A program made the translations under genes and the position numbers. A DNA stretch of 64,000 nt. Source: Pseudomonadota bacterium. GTDB lineage: Bacteria; Pseudomonadota; Alphaproteobacteria; Rhodospirillales; Magnetospirillaceae. The stretch is taken from the NCBI GenBank assembly GCA_021781575.1, contig JAJXWP010000013.1, positions 21,257 through 85,256 of the forward strand, read 5' to 3'. Of the stretch, positions 1-9,439 are shown piece after piece (position 1 is the stretch's first letter; the number at the start of each line of letters is the position of its first letter). A model generated the notes under the pieces. The model was not told the DNA's origin, did not search any database, and saw only the letters and a program-made list of their open reading frames with translations.

Positions 1-150
1 CTCCGTCATGCCGCGTGCACGGGCGATAACGCCAAGCGCCTGTGCGACATAGGCGGCGCTGCCGCTGGCTAGAGCATCGCTGAGAAGTTCCGCCTGCGCC
101 TCGGGTGTGGTCAGATAACGTCCGGCGTCGAACGGCTCTGTCTTGACCAT
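1..150 (-). CDS. Addiction-module antidote protein (XRE/HigA-type HTH antitoxin); C-terminus cut by window edge
   Basis: Hand translation of the minus strand from ATG (150-148): MVKTEPFDAGRYLTTPEAQAELLSDALASGSAAYVAQALGVIARARGMTE... It is absent from the ORF track because it runs off the window. It begins 1 nt after the stop (154-152) of the upstream killer gene, the usual toxin-first layout of this TA type. Confidence 0.7.
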   Translation of the reverse strand, partial: MVKTEPFDAGRYLTTPEAQAELLSDALASGSAAYVAQALGVIARARGMTE

Positions 151-151
151 C

Positions 152-445
152 TCAATCCTCCAACTCCGCAGCCAGGGCTTTGGCACGCCTGATGTCCCGG
201 CCCTGGGAACCCTTATCGCCACCACACAGGAGCACGATCACGACCAAACCGCGCTGCACGAAATAGACCCGGTATCCCGGACCGTGATCGACGCGAAGTT
301 CGCCGATACCATCGAAGAATTTTGTGTCGCCGAACAGGCCCGCCTGCAAGCGCACGATTCGCTGGGCAATCCGCTCTTGGGCGCGGCGATCCTTCAGACC
401 GTCAAACCAGTCCCGGAACACGGTCGTTTGGCGCACCTCGATCAT
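152..445 (-). CDS. RelE/ParE-superfamily addiction-module killer protein (toxin)
   Basis: Track ORF 152..625(-). The family-like sequence starts at the internal Met (ATG 445-443): MIEVRQTTVFRDWFDGLKDRRAQERIAQRIVRLQAGLFGDTKFFDGIGELRVDHGPGYRVYFVQRG...LLCGGDKGSQGRDIRRAK (97 aa). The 60 upstream codons of the track ORF have no family resemblance. Confidence 0.8.
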   Translation of the reverse strand: MIEVRQTTVFRDWFDGLKDRRAQERIAQRIVRLQAGLFGDTKFFDGIGELRVDHGPGYRVYFVQRGLVVIVLLCGGDKGSQGRDIRRAKALAAELED

Positions 446-465
446 CTGTAATTTATAGATTACAG
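446..465. promoter_or_regulatory. Perfect inverted repeat CTGTAAT-N6-ATTACAG abutting the toxin start codon; candidate TA operator overlapping a -10-like box
   Basis: Sequence ctgtaatttatagattacag. On the coding (minus) strand it reads ctgtaatcTATAAATtacag. It is AT-rich in a GC-rich context and lies directly upstream of the first gene of the module. Confidence 0.5.
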
Positions 466-856
466 CGGTGCAGACGTCATCAAAAAAAGCGACGGGTGTT
501 TTGAACCATGGAGTGCCTGGCCGATCCCACGGTTCGGGCAAAATTACGCCGAATGATTGTGCTGTCTGCATCGCTGCGATGGTCGGGTTATGGCCCTTCA
601 AAGACCGCGCGGTGAAGTTGGCCAAGGCCGGCTATCTGGAATCGGCGTTGATCCGCGTAACGACTATCTTGAGCGCGAAGCGGTTGCGTCCGCCTGGAGC
701 CACCATCGTGTTGGGCGTGGCGCCAACAACGCTGGCTTCGGCTCGCGCAGTGGCATGCATCGAGGCGTCGGCATCGTGCCTGCTGACGAGGAGATTGGCG
801 GCGGGCCGGAACACCGGGCCGGGGCCGTGACGGCCTTGGCTGCACCCTCCTGGGCT

Positions 857-1180
857 TTAGGCGATGGCCGACAGGCCCCTCTCGGCGACGATGGACAACA
901 GCTTGGCCGCCGGACCGGCGGGACGCTTGTCGCCCCGCTCCCATTGGCTCACTGAATCCTTGGTGACGTTGAGGTACATGGCGAATACGGTCTGGCTGAC
1001 CTGTTCGCGCTCGCGCAAGGCGCGGATCTCATCGGCTGTGAACTTTCGGACCGGCGTCAGGCAGGACTTGTCGAACCGGCGCATTGTCTGCTTGTCGATG
1101 AGTCCGGCCTCGTGCAGGTCCAGCGCCGTCTCGTGAATGGCGGCCTTCACGTCGCTCTTGTAAGCCTTAGTCCTGGCCAT
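857..1180 (-). CDS. XRE-family helix-turn-helix antitoxin / DNA-binding regulator
   Basis: 107-aa ORF ...TADEIRALREREQVSQTVFAMYLNVTKDSVSQWERGDKRPAGPAAKLLSIV..., an HTH_XRE pattern. The ATG at 1180-1178 overlaps the 3' end of the upstream RelE-like reading frame by 14 nt. Confidence 0.8.
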   Translation of the reverse strand: MARTKAYKSDVKAAIHETALDLHEAGLIDKQTMRRFDKSCLTPVRKFTADEIRALREREQVSQTVFAMYLNVTKDSVSQWERGDKRPAGPAAKLLSIVAERGLSAIA

Positions 1181-1549
1181 CGTACTGAACCTCCTGGTAC
1201 TTCCCGTTCTCTACTAGATCCGCCAACTGCTCGTCCGAGGCATTCAGCAGCACGGTGGCCAATTCCTTGAAATTGCGTTCGTCGCTCTTATCGATATTGT
1301 CCTGGTCATTCTTCGCAAAGCCGTAGATGAAAAACGACCGTTCGCCCTTCCGGAACAGGATGATCGACCGGTATCCGCCCGACTTGCCCTCGCCCGGTCG
1401 GGCGATGCGCTGCTTTATCAAGCCGTCGCCTTAGTCTGCCTCGATCAGTCCCTTCTGGGCGCATTCGATGCGCCTCGCACAGCTTGTGCGTCGGCGATAC
1501 GCTCTTTCTTGGCAAACCGCACAAACCATTTGCTTTTGTAGATCCTCAC
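1167..1549 (-). pseudogene. Disrupted RelE-like toxin gene (frameshift(s) plus in-frame TAA)
   Basis: From GTG 1549-1547 the frame reads VRIYKSKWFVRFAKKERIADAQ... and hits TGA at 1447-1445. The family-like continuation ..CARRIECAQKGLIEAD-TAA(1433-1431)-GDGLIKQRIARPGEGKSGGYRSIILFRKGERSFFIYGFAKNDQDNI.. is in another frame. The 84-aa track ORF begins at TTG 1421-1419, which is an internal Leu of this reading. Confidence 0.65.
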
Positions 1550-1741
1550 CGCCTGCCGCCCCTGGCCTGTCTCGTAGAGGGAATACGTATAACCTGGTTC
1601 TATATTTCAAGGGAGCACGGCGCCTTTGAAGGGGTTACCCGACGCTGGGGATCTGGTCTGGACAAACCGACCTAACTCAATGGCGGCTTTCGGGCACCGC
1701 GATCCTACCTGCGAGCGGGTTCGTACATGGGCGCGACGCAG

Positions 1742-2194
1742 TCATGAAGATGGCGTCGTTTCATCTGGTGACACGACCTCGACCCCGAAGATCTCAAAGT
1801 GCTTCGTGTTGCGGGTCATGATGACGAGATCATGGGCTTTTGCGATGCCAGCAATCGTCGCATCTGCCATTGCCGGATTATGTCCAGCAGAAATCGCCTT
1901 TGCCTCAAGCTGGCCGGCCAGTGCGGCAGCCTCAGTGTCGACTGCGATGATCTTGTCATCATAGGCAGAGACAAGCCCTGCGAGCCACCCGCTAAGATGC
2001 GTCGCCTTGGCTGCCGCTCCCCGGTGCTCCAACAGTGCGATACCCTTTTCGATCTCATGGATGGTGACGACGGATAGGAAAAGCTTTCCCTCGTCATCCC
2101 TGTGTTCCAGCCAGTCGATAAATTGCGTCGACGCCTCGGCTCGCGACGGCGAGAGCATTGAAATGACGTTGGTATCCAATAGATAACCGGTCAC
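1742..2194 (-). CDS. vapC: PIN-domain ribonuclease toxin VapC
   Basis: 150 aa, N-terminus (GTG start) TGYLLDTNVISML..., later ..TIHEIEKG.. and ..VIMTRNTKHFE.., typical PIN acidic-residue pattern. The GTG at 2194-2192 overlaps the vapB stop (GTGA). Confidence 0.9.
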   Translation of the reverse strand: MTGYLLDTNVISMLSPSRAEASTQFIDWLEHRDDEGKLFLSVVTIHEIEKGIALLEHRGAAAKATHLSGWLAGLVSAYDDKIIAVDTEAAALAGQLEAKAISAGHNPAMADATIAGIAKAHDLVIMTRNTKHFEIFGVEVVSPDETTPSS

Positions 2195-2439
2195 AGTTCG
2201 ACAGTCCGTGATGGCGTCGGATTTCGATCGAACGTGTCTCCAGGAAATGTTCTGAGATAGGCAACAAGGCCAGGGCGCTTCTTTTTCATCGCCTTGCGGG
2301 CAATTTCTGCGGCCTCTACGGACACCAGAGCAGCAACCGGTTTACCATGTCGTGTGATTGTCACGAATTCGCCTTTGACCGCTTCGTCGACGAGGTGGGA
2401 GAACCCTGCCTTGGCATCCTTCAAGTTGATGGTCAGCAT
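2191..2439 (-). CDS. vapB: Phd/YefM-type antitoxin (VapB)
   Basis: Internal Met of track ORF 2191..2667(-): MLTINLKDAKAGFSHLVDEAVKGEFVTITRHGKPVAALVSVEAAE... (82 aa). ATG at 2439-2437 is preceded by GGAGGA (complement of 2444-2449). Confidence 0.85.
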   Translation of the reverse strand: MLTINLKDAKAGFSHLVDEAVKGEFVTITRHGKPVAALVSVEAAEIARKAMKKKRPGLVAYLRTFPGDTFDRNPTPSRTVEL

Positions 2440-2456
2440 CGAATCCTCCGACAAAT

Positions 2457-2476
2457 TGTAGTCACACGTGACTACA
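2457..2476. promoter_or_regulatory. Inverted repeat TGTAGTCAC-AC-GTGACTACA upstream of vapB; candidate VapBC operator
   Basis: 9-bp perfect arms with a 2-nt spacer, 18 nt upstream of the vapB start codon. Confidence 0.5.
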
Positions 2477-2749
2477 TTAGGCCTTTTCGTCGCCTGAAGG
2501 CAAGGCATGTCAGCGGCGCGACACCGCTCCACCTCTGATCGCCGAAGGACCACTATCCGGAATCGCCGCCGACCTGCGCAACGCCCGGAACGGGCGCAAT
2601 GAGGGCGCTTGCGATGGTGGCCATGTCGTCCGGCATTGCGGCACAAGGACCCGCTCGGATAGGCCAAGATATGATTGCAGCGTCACCGTAAGTCCGGAAC
2701 CCGCCACCGTAACCCGACGTTCCGGGGCGTTTTCGCCGGTCGGTGGTAG

Positions 2750-4918
<2,169 letters not shown>

Positions 4919-5134
4919 TGACCGACCGATTCGTCGATCTACCACCCTTGACCGGGACTCTCCGGCACCCCTTATCCTCTTTAGAGCAGAACGGATTCGG
5001 ATCGAGTTGCCCCTCGCCTCATCACCCCTGAGTGAAGCCTGGGGGGATGACAATGACGACGAGTGGCGCCCCGGCCCGATCGCATCCCGCTCTGACGCCA
5101 GAACCGCAAGCCACAAACTGGGGAGGAATAGAGC

Positions 5135-5572
5135 ATGATCGTCGGGGCCATCCTCAAAGGCAAGTCAAGCAACCAGGTCGCCACCACCACCGCCGGCCAG
5201 GCAGTTGCCGAAGCCGCCAAGCTCCTGCACCAGCACCGCATCGGCGCCTTGGTAGTGGTGGAAGGCAGCGGAGAAATCGTCGGCATCATCTCGGAACGCG
5301 ACATCGTGCGCGGTATGGCCTTGCACGGCACCGCCGTGGCCGACCTGAAGGTACGCGATTTGATGACCAGTTCGGTGCTGGTGTGCAGCCCCGAAGATTC
5401 CGTGGGAGACCTGATGGGGACCATGACCAACAACCGCATCCGCCATTTGCCGGTCATGGATAACGGCAGGCTGGCCGGCATCATCACCATCGGCGACGTG
5501 GTAAAGTCGTGCCTCGATGAAACCACCATGCAGGTGGATTCGCTGCGCGAATATGTGATGGCGGGACGATAA
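5135..5572 (+). CDS. CBS-domain pair protein
   Basis: 145 aa with two CBS-like units (..IGALVVVEGSGEIVGIISERDIVR.. and ..IRHLPVMDNGRLAGIITIGDVVK..). GGAGG lies 8 nt upstream of the ATG. Confidence 0.9.
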   Translation: MIVGAILKGKSSNQVATTTAGQAVAEAAKLLHQHRIGALVVVEGSGEIVGIISERDIVRGMALHGTAVADLKVRDLMTSSVLVCSPEDSVGDLMGTMTNNRIRHLPVMDNGRLAGIITIGDVVKSCLDETTMQVDSLREYVMAGR

Positions 5573-5612
5573 GCCGTCTGGATCGACGGTCCCGTCGGCG
5601 TTTGGTTTTAGT

Positions 5613-5703
5613 CCCTCGCCGGGCGGGGCCGAAGGCCCCTTGGCCGCCGCCTCAATGGCGGCTGGTAGCAACAGGGCCCCTCGCCGGGCAGGGCCGAGGG
5701 CCC
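5613..5703. repeat. Two direct copies of a 26-nt GC-rich hairpin-forming element (REP-like) in a convergent intergenic region
   Basis: 5613-5638 ccctcgccgggcGgggccgaAggccc and 5678-5703 ccctcgccgggcAgggccgaGggccc (24/26 identical). Each contains a gggcc-N3-ggccc stem. Another stem, gccgcc-tcaat-ggcggc, lies between them. Confidence 0.5.
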
Positions 5704-5736
5704 GGATGGCCCCGCCCGGCAGCGGGCGGCTGCCGA

Positions 5737-6627
5737 TTACGCCAGACTGTGCAGTTCCTTCAACGCCTTGCGACGCAGATCGCCGGCGTCGGCACGGCCG
5801 TACAGCTCGGCCGACCGGGTGAAATGGTTGCGCGCCGCATCCTTCTCGCCCCGGGCCACGGCAAGGCGCCCCAGCTCCAGGAGAATATCGGCCTCGCCGC
5901 GCAGGTGCCCGGCCTGGCCGTACAGTTCGGCCGCTGCGTGCAGAATTTCGGCCGCCTCGGCCGGGCGTCGGGTGCGACGTAACAGATGAGCCAGACCGGT
6001 CAGGGCGCTTGCCTCGCCCAAGACGTCGCCGGCCGCCCGAAACAGTTCGATGGCGAGATCGAAGTCCTGGTGAGCCTGGTCCGGCTGCCCCAACAGATCG
6101 TGCAGGGCCGCCAACGAGCGCAGGGCGTGAGCCTCGCCCAGGCCGTCGCCGGCGTGGCGATAAAGGCCGAGAGCCTGATGATAGAGGTCGAGCGCCAAGT
6201 CCTGGCGCCCCTCATCGCGCTCAAGATGGCCAAGGCGCTTCAGGACATGGGCTTGGCCGGATTGGTCGTCGGCGGCATGGAACAGTTCGCGGGCGGCGCC
6301 GTAGCAACTGCGCGCCTCGCCCAGATTGCCGGCGCGGTGCGCCAACTCGCCGAGGCGGGAGAGAATGGCCCCCTGTTCGCGCTGGTCACCGCCCGGGGCC
6401 AGCAGGGTGCGAGCCTCGGTGAACGCCTCGCGGGCCGCCGCATGGTGGCCCATGCGCATCTCGAGATCGCCGAGGGCCATCAGGGCATTGGCCTGGCCCG
6501 ATGGGTCTTTCGCCTCGTGGTAGAGCATGCGGGCCCGGCGGAAACATTCGCGCGCGCGCTGAGTCTCGCCGGCGAGCCACAGCTGTTCGGCCTCTTTCAA
6601 CACTTCATCGGCCTTGGTGATTGCCAT
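5737..6627 (-). CDS. Tetratricopeptide-repeat protein (six consecutive exactly 40-residue units)
   Basis: Track ORF 5737..6762(-). Start chosen at MAITKADEVLKEAEQLW (ATG 6627-6625). Repeated units have the form D..G.A..L..LG.L....G....A...Y..A..L, e.g. DPSGQANALMALGDLEMRMGHHAAAREAFTEARTLLAPGG. Confidence 0.85.
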   Translation of the reverse strand: MAITKADEVLKEAEQLWLAGETQRARECFRRARMLYHEAKDPSGQANALMALGDLEMRMGHHAAAREAFTEARTLLAPGGDQREQGAILSRLGELAHRAGNLGEARSCYGAARELFHAADDQSGQAHVLKRLGHLERDEGRQDLALDLYHQALGLYRHAGDGLGEAHALRSLAALHDLLGQPDQAHQDFDLAIELFRAAGDVLGEASALTGLAHLLRRTRRPAEAAEILHAAAELYGQAGHLRGEADILLELGRLAVARGEKDAARNHFTRSAELYGRADAGDLRRKALKELHSLA

Positions 6628-6779
6628 GGCGTGAGTCCAATCATTGCATTTGGCCTTCTTAACAACGTAGGCCTGCAATGGCGTCAGGTAAACGGCATAG
6701 CGTCGAAAGCGGGGGTTCGATCGTCGCCGAGGACCGGAAAGTGCTTTCTCCCTCGGGCCCATGAGGTTAAATCTAACCC

Positions 6780-7814
6780 ATGAATCCGGCCGAAATGTTC
6801 TCCGAGGTAATGCGCTGGGCGCGCTTGGGCCTCAACATGCTCGAACAGGTCCGCATCCCGCCGACCCCTGCCCGTTTCACCGTGGCCTATATGCACCAGA
6901 CCGGCCAGATGGCCGATCTGTCCATGGCGCTCAACCGGCTGATCGCCCACGACAAGCTGAGCGGCCAGGCGGTGGATGAGATCTACGATCAGTTCTTCGG
7001 CCGGTTCATCGAGGAGGCGGAACTGCGCGATGCCAGCCAACGCATCGAACGCACCGTCACCGACGTCGTCGACTGCATCGCGGCTGCCAGCGACTCGGCC
7101 GAACATTATGGTTCCGTGCTTTCCGACTTCGTCGGCTCCTCCGAGATCTACAACGATGCCGATCTCGGCAAGGCAGCCGCCGCGGTGCTCGACGAGACAC
7201 GGCTCATGGCGGCGGCCAATCGCCGACTGGAGGAACGGCTGCAGATGTCATCGCGCGACATCGAGCTGTTGCGCCAGCACCTGGAGCGGCTGGAGCGGGA
7301 AGCCAGCCTGGATGCGTTGACCGGCATTGCCAACCGCAAAAGCTTCGACACCGCCCTGCGCGCGGCGATCGTCCACGCCAACAACGAGAGCCGGCCGCTC
7401 ACCCTGCTTATGGTCGACATCGACCACTTCAAGCAGTTCAACGACCTCCACGGCCACCTGCTCGGCGACCAGGTGCTGAAGCTGGTGGCGCACAACATGA
7501 TCAAATGCATCAAGGGACAGGACATCGCAGCCCGCTATGGCGGCGAGGAGTTCGGCGTCATCCTGCCCAGCACCGACCTGGACGACGGCGTGACCGTCGC
7601 CGACAATATCCGCCGCTACGTGGCCGCCAAACAGCTGGTCAACCGCAAGACGGGAAGGACCTTGGGGCAGATCACCTTGTCCATCGGCGCCGCCGAATAC
7701 CGCCCGGGAGAAACCGCGGCGGCGCTGGTCAACCGTGCCGACGAAGCGCTCTACCTGGCCAAGGAATCGGGGCGCAACCGAGTCGTCTCGGAAACCGAGC
7801 TTTCAACTGCCTGA
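6780..7814 (+). CDS. Diguanylate cyclase (GGDEF domain) with N-terminal helical domain
   Basis: 344 aa. ..LDALTGIANRKSFD.., ..DIDHFKQFNDLHGHLLGD.., and an intact active site RYGGEEFGVIL. Confidence 0.9.
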   Translation: MNPAEMFSEVMRWARLGLNMLEQVRIPPTPARFTVAYMHQTGQMADLSMALNRLIAHDKLSGQAVDEIYDQFFGRFIEEAELRDASQRIERTVTDVVDCIAAASDSAEHYGSVLSDFVGSSEIYNDADLGKAAAAVLDETRLMAAANRRLEERLQMSSRDIELLRQHLERLEREASLDALTGIANRKSFDTALRAAIVHANNESRPLTLLMVDIDHFKQFNDLHGHLLGDQVLKLVAHNMIKCIKGQDIAARYGGEEFGVILPSTDLDDGVTVADNIRRYVAAKQLVNRKTGRTLGQITLSIGAAEYRPGETAAALVNRADEALYLAKESGRNRVVSETELSTA

Positions 7815-7826
7815 GCCGAGCCGGGC

Positions 7827-9074
7827 TCAGATGGCCGGGCTCAGCAACGGAACGCGCCCGGTTAGTGCCAGCCAGGCCGCGGCGGCGGCCATCGACAACA
7901 CCGTCATCGGCACGCCGGATCGGGCATGGTCGAGGAAGCCCAGCCGCACCCCAACGCCGGCCGCTCGTTCGACGACGATGATGTTGGCCATGCTGCCAAG
8001 GATCAGCAGGTTGCCGGCCAGGGTCGACAGCAGCGCCACGCCGTAGAGAACACCGGCCGGCGGGTGGGGCCACACGGAGAGGATCAGGATCACCGCCGGC
8101 ACATTGCCGATGGTGTTGCTCATCGCCGCCAGCAACGGCCCCATCACCGCCAGGTTGTCCGGCATGGCCCGATGTGCCGCCAGCCAGGTCATGCCGTGCG
8201 CCGCCAGGCCAAGCGAGGAAAAGCTCTGGGTGATGACGAACAGGCAGGCGAACAGCAGCAGCAGATGCCAGTCGACGGCACCGATCATGTCGCGACTGGC
8301 CAGCTTGCGGCTGCCCAGCAGAAGAGCCGCAATAACCAGGGCACCGATGTCGCGCGGCAGCGGAGTGGCGAACAGGCCGGCCAGCAGCAGCAGGGCGACG
8401 CCTCCCTTGGCTGTCTGCCAGCGGTCGGGTGCCGCGACCGGCGCGGCGGCGGCCGCGGGGACCGGGTGGCCGGACAGCGCGCCGCGCCATTGCCGGCGCA
8501 CGACGAAATAGACGATCGCCAGGGAAGCCACGCCGGGAGGGGCGCAGACGCCGAGGAACCGCCAGAAATCCAGCCCGCCCATCTGCCCGATCAAGATATT
8601 CTGCGGATTGCCGATCACCGTCATGGCGCTGCCGGCATTGCAGGCCCCGGCCAGACCGATAAGGAACGGCCGGGGATCCAGCCCGCGCCGTCGCGTACCC
8701 TCGGCCAATACCGGAGTGACGGCGAACGCGATGATGTCGTTGGCCAGAATAGCCGACAAGGCGCCACCGACGATGACGGTCAGCAGCAGCAGTCGCTGCG
8801 GCGGGCCACTCGCTGCGGCCAGCCGTGCGGCCACCCAGTCGTAGAAACGGGCGGCTCCGAACTGGGCCGAGACGATCATCAGGGCGAACAGCAGCAGCAG
8901 CGTCGGCAGGTCGATCGCCTTGCCGATCGTCGCCACGTCCACCGCCCCCGATGCCAGCAAGGCGACCACGGCCATCAAGGCGAGACCGGTGCGGTCCACT
9001 TTGAGCCCGGGTATGCGCCCCAGCGCCATGCCCAGGTAGGTCGCGGCAAATACCACGACGACCACGGTGTCCAT
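7827..9074 (-). CDS. ArsB/NhaD-superfamily anion permease (YbiR-like)
   Basis: 415 aa, polytopic and hydrophobic. ..GNPQNILIG.. and other motifs resemble the citrate/arsenite-permease-like family. Clean ATG at 9074. Confidence 0.85.
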   Translation of the reverse strand: MDTVVVVVFAATYLGMALGRIPGLKVDRTGLALMAVVALLASGAVDVATIGKAIDLPTLLLLFALMIVSAQFGAARFYDWVAARLAAASGPPQRLLLLTVIVGGALSAILANDIIAFAVTPVLAEGTRRRGLDPRPFLIGLAGACNAGSAMTVIGNPQNILIGQMGGLDFWRFLGVCAPPGVASLAIVYFVVRRQWRGALSGHPVPAAAAAPVAAPDRWQTAKGGVALLLLAGLFATPLPRDIGALVIAALLLGSRKLASRDMIGAVDWHLLLLFACLFVITQSFSSLGLAAHGMTWLAAHRAMPDNLAVMGPLLAAMSNTIGNVPAVILILSVWPHPPAGVLYGVALLSTLAGNLLILGSMANIIVVERAAGVGVRLGFLDHARSGVPMTVLSMAAAAAWLALTGRVPLLSPAI

Positions 9075-9439
9075 CAGAGTTGCGCACAGCCCGGGCGGGC
9101 GGGCCTCCTGAACAAATCCGGCTCACCGTTCGGCAGGATGGGCATGCCGTCCGCCGGCAGGCGAGGCTCGCGCCAGCACCGGGGCGTCCCGCCGATGGCG
9201 ACAAAGAAACAATCATCCATGAGATTCACCCCGGTTCCGATGGAAACCCTTCGGTGGCAGGAGTCATCAGCCAGTCGGCGATTTCAGGGGCCCCATCCCC
9301 ATCGGTCCGACCGAACAGTAAAGGCCGGCGACCGGACGGTCAACCCGGACGCCCCGGAAGTCCAGGCCCGCCTGTATCCCTCACGCTCGGCCCCGCGCTC
9401 ATGGCATAATCGCTCGCGATTTTGGTCGGAGGACATCCG

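Noticed and set aside
7811-7830. 7-bp stem ctgagcc-gagccg-ggctcag spanning the stop codons of the convergent GGDEF and permease genes
   Set aside because: It is short, lies within the coding ends and has no U-tract. It is plausible as a bidirectional terminator but too weak to list as a feature.
9100-9290. Cobalamin-riboswitch-like strings on the minus strand upstream of the anion permease
   Set aside because: Only fragments match what I remember (a GGAA..GGTGAATC-like element, GCCATCGGCGGGA, CCTGCCGGC). The conserved CCCGC.AC.GTaa core and the complete B12 box are missing, and the downstream gene is not a typical B12-regulated function. It is kept only as a note within the long-spacer finding.
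9320-9365. CCGGACGG...CCCGGACGCCCCGG on the plus strand, superficially like guanidine (mini-ykkC / ykkC-III) riboswitch ACGR hairpins
   Set aside because: The stems do not close around ACGR tetraloops (one loop would be ACGC). The flanking pairs are wrong, and the downstream gene is a muramidase, not a guanidine transporter or carboxylase.
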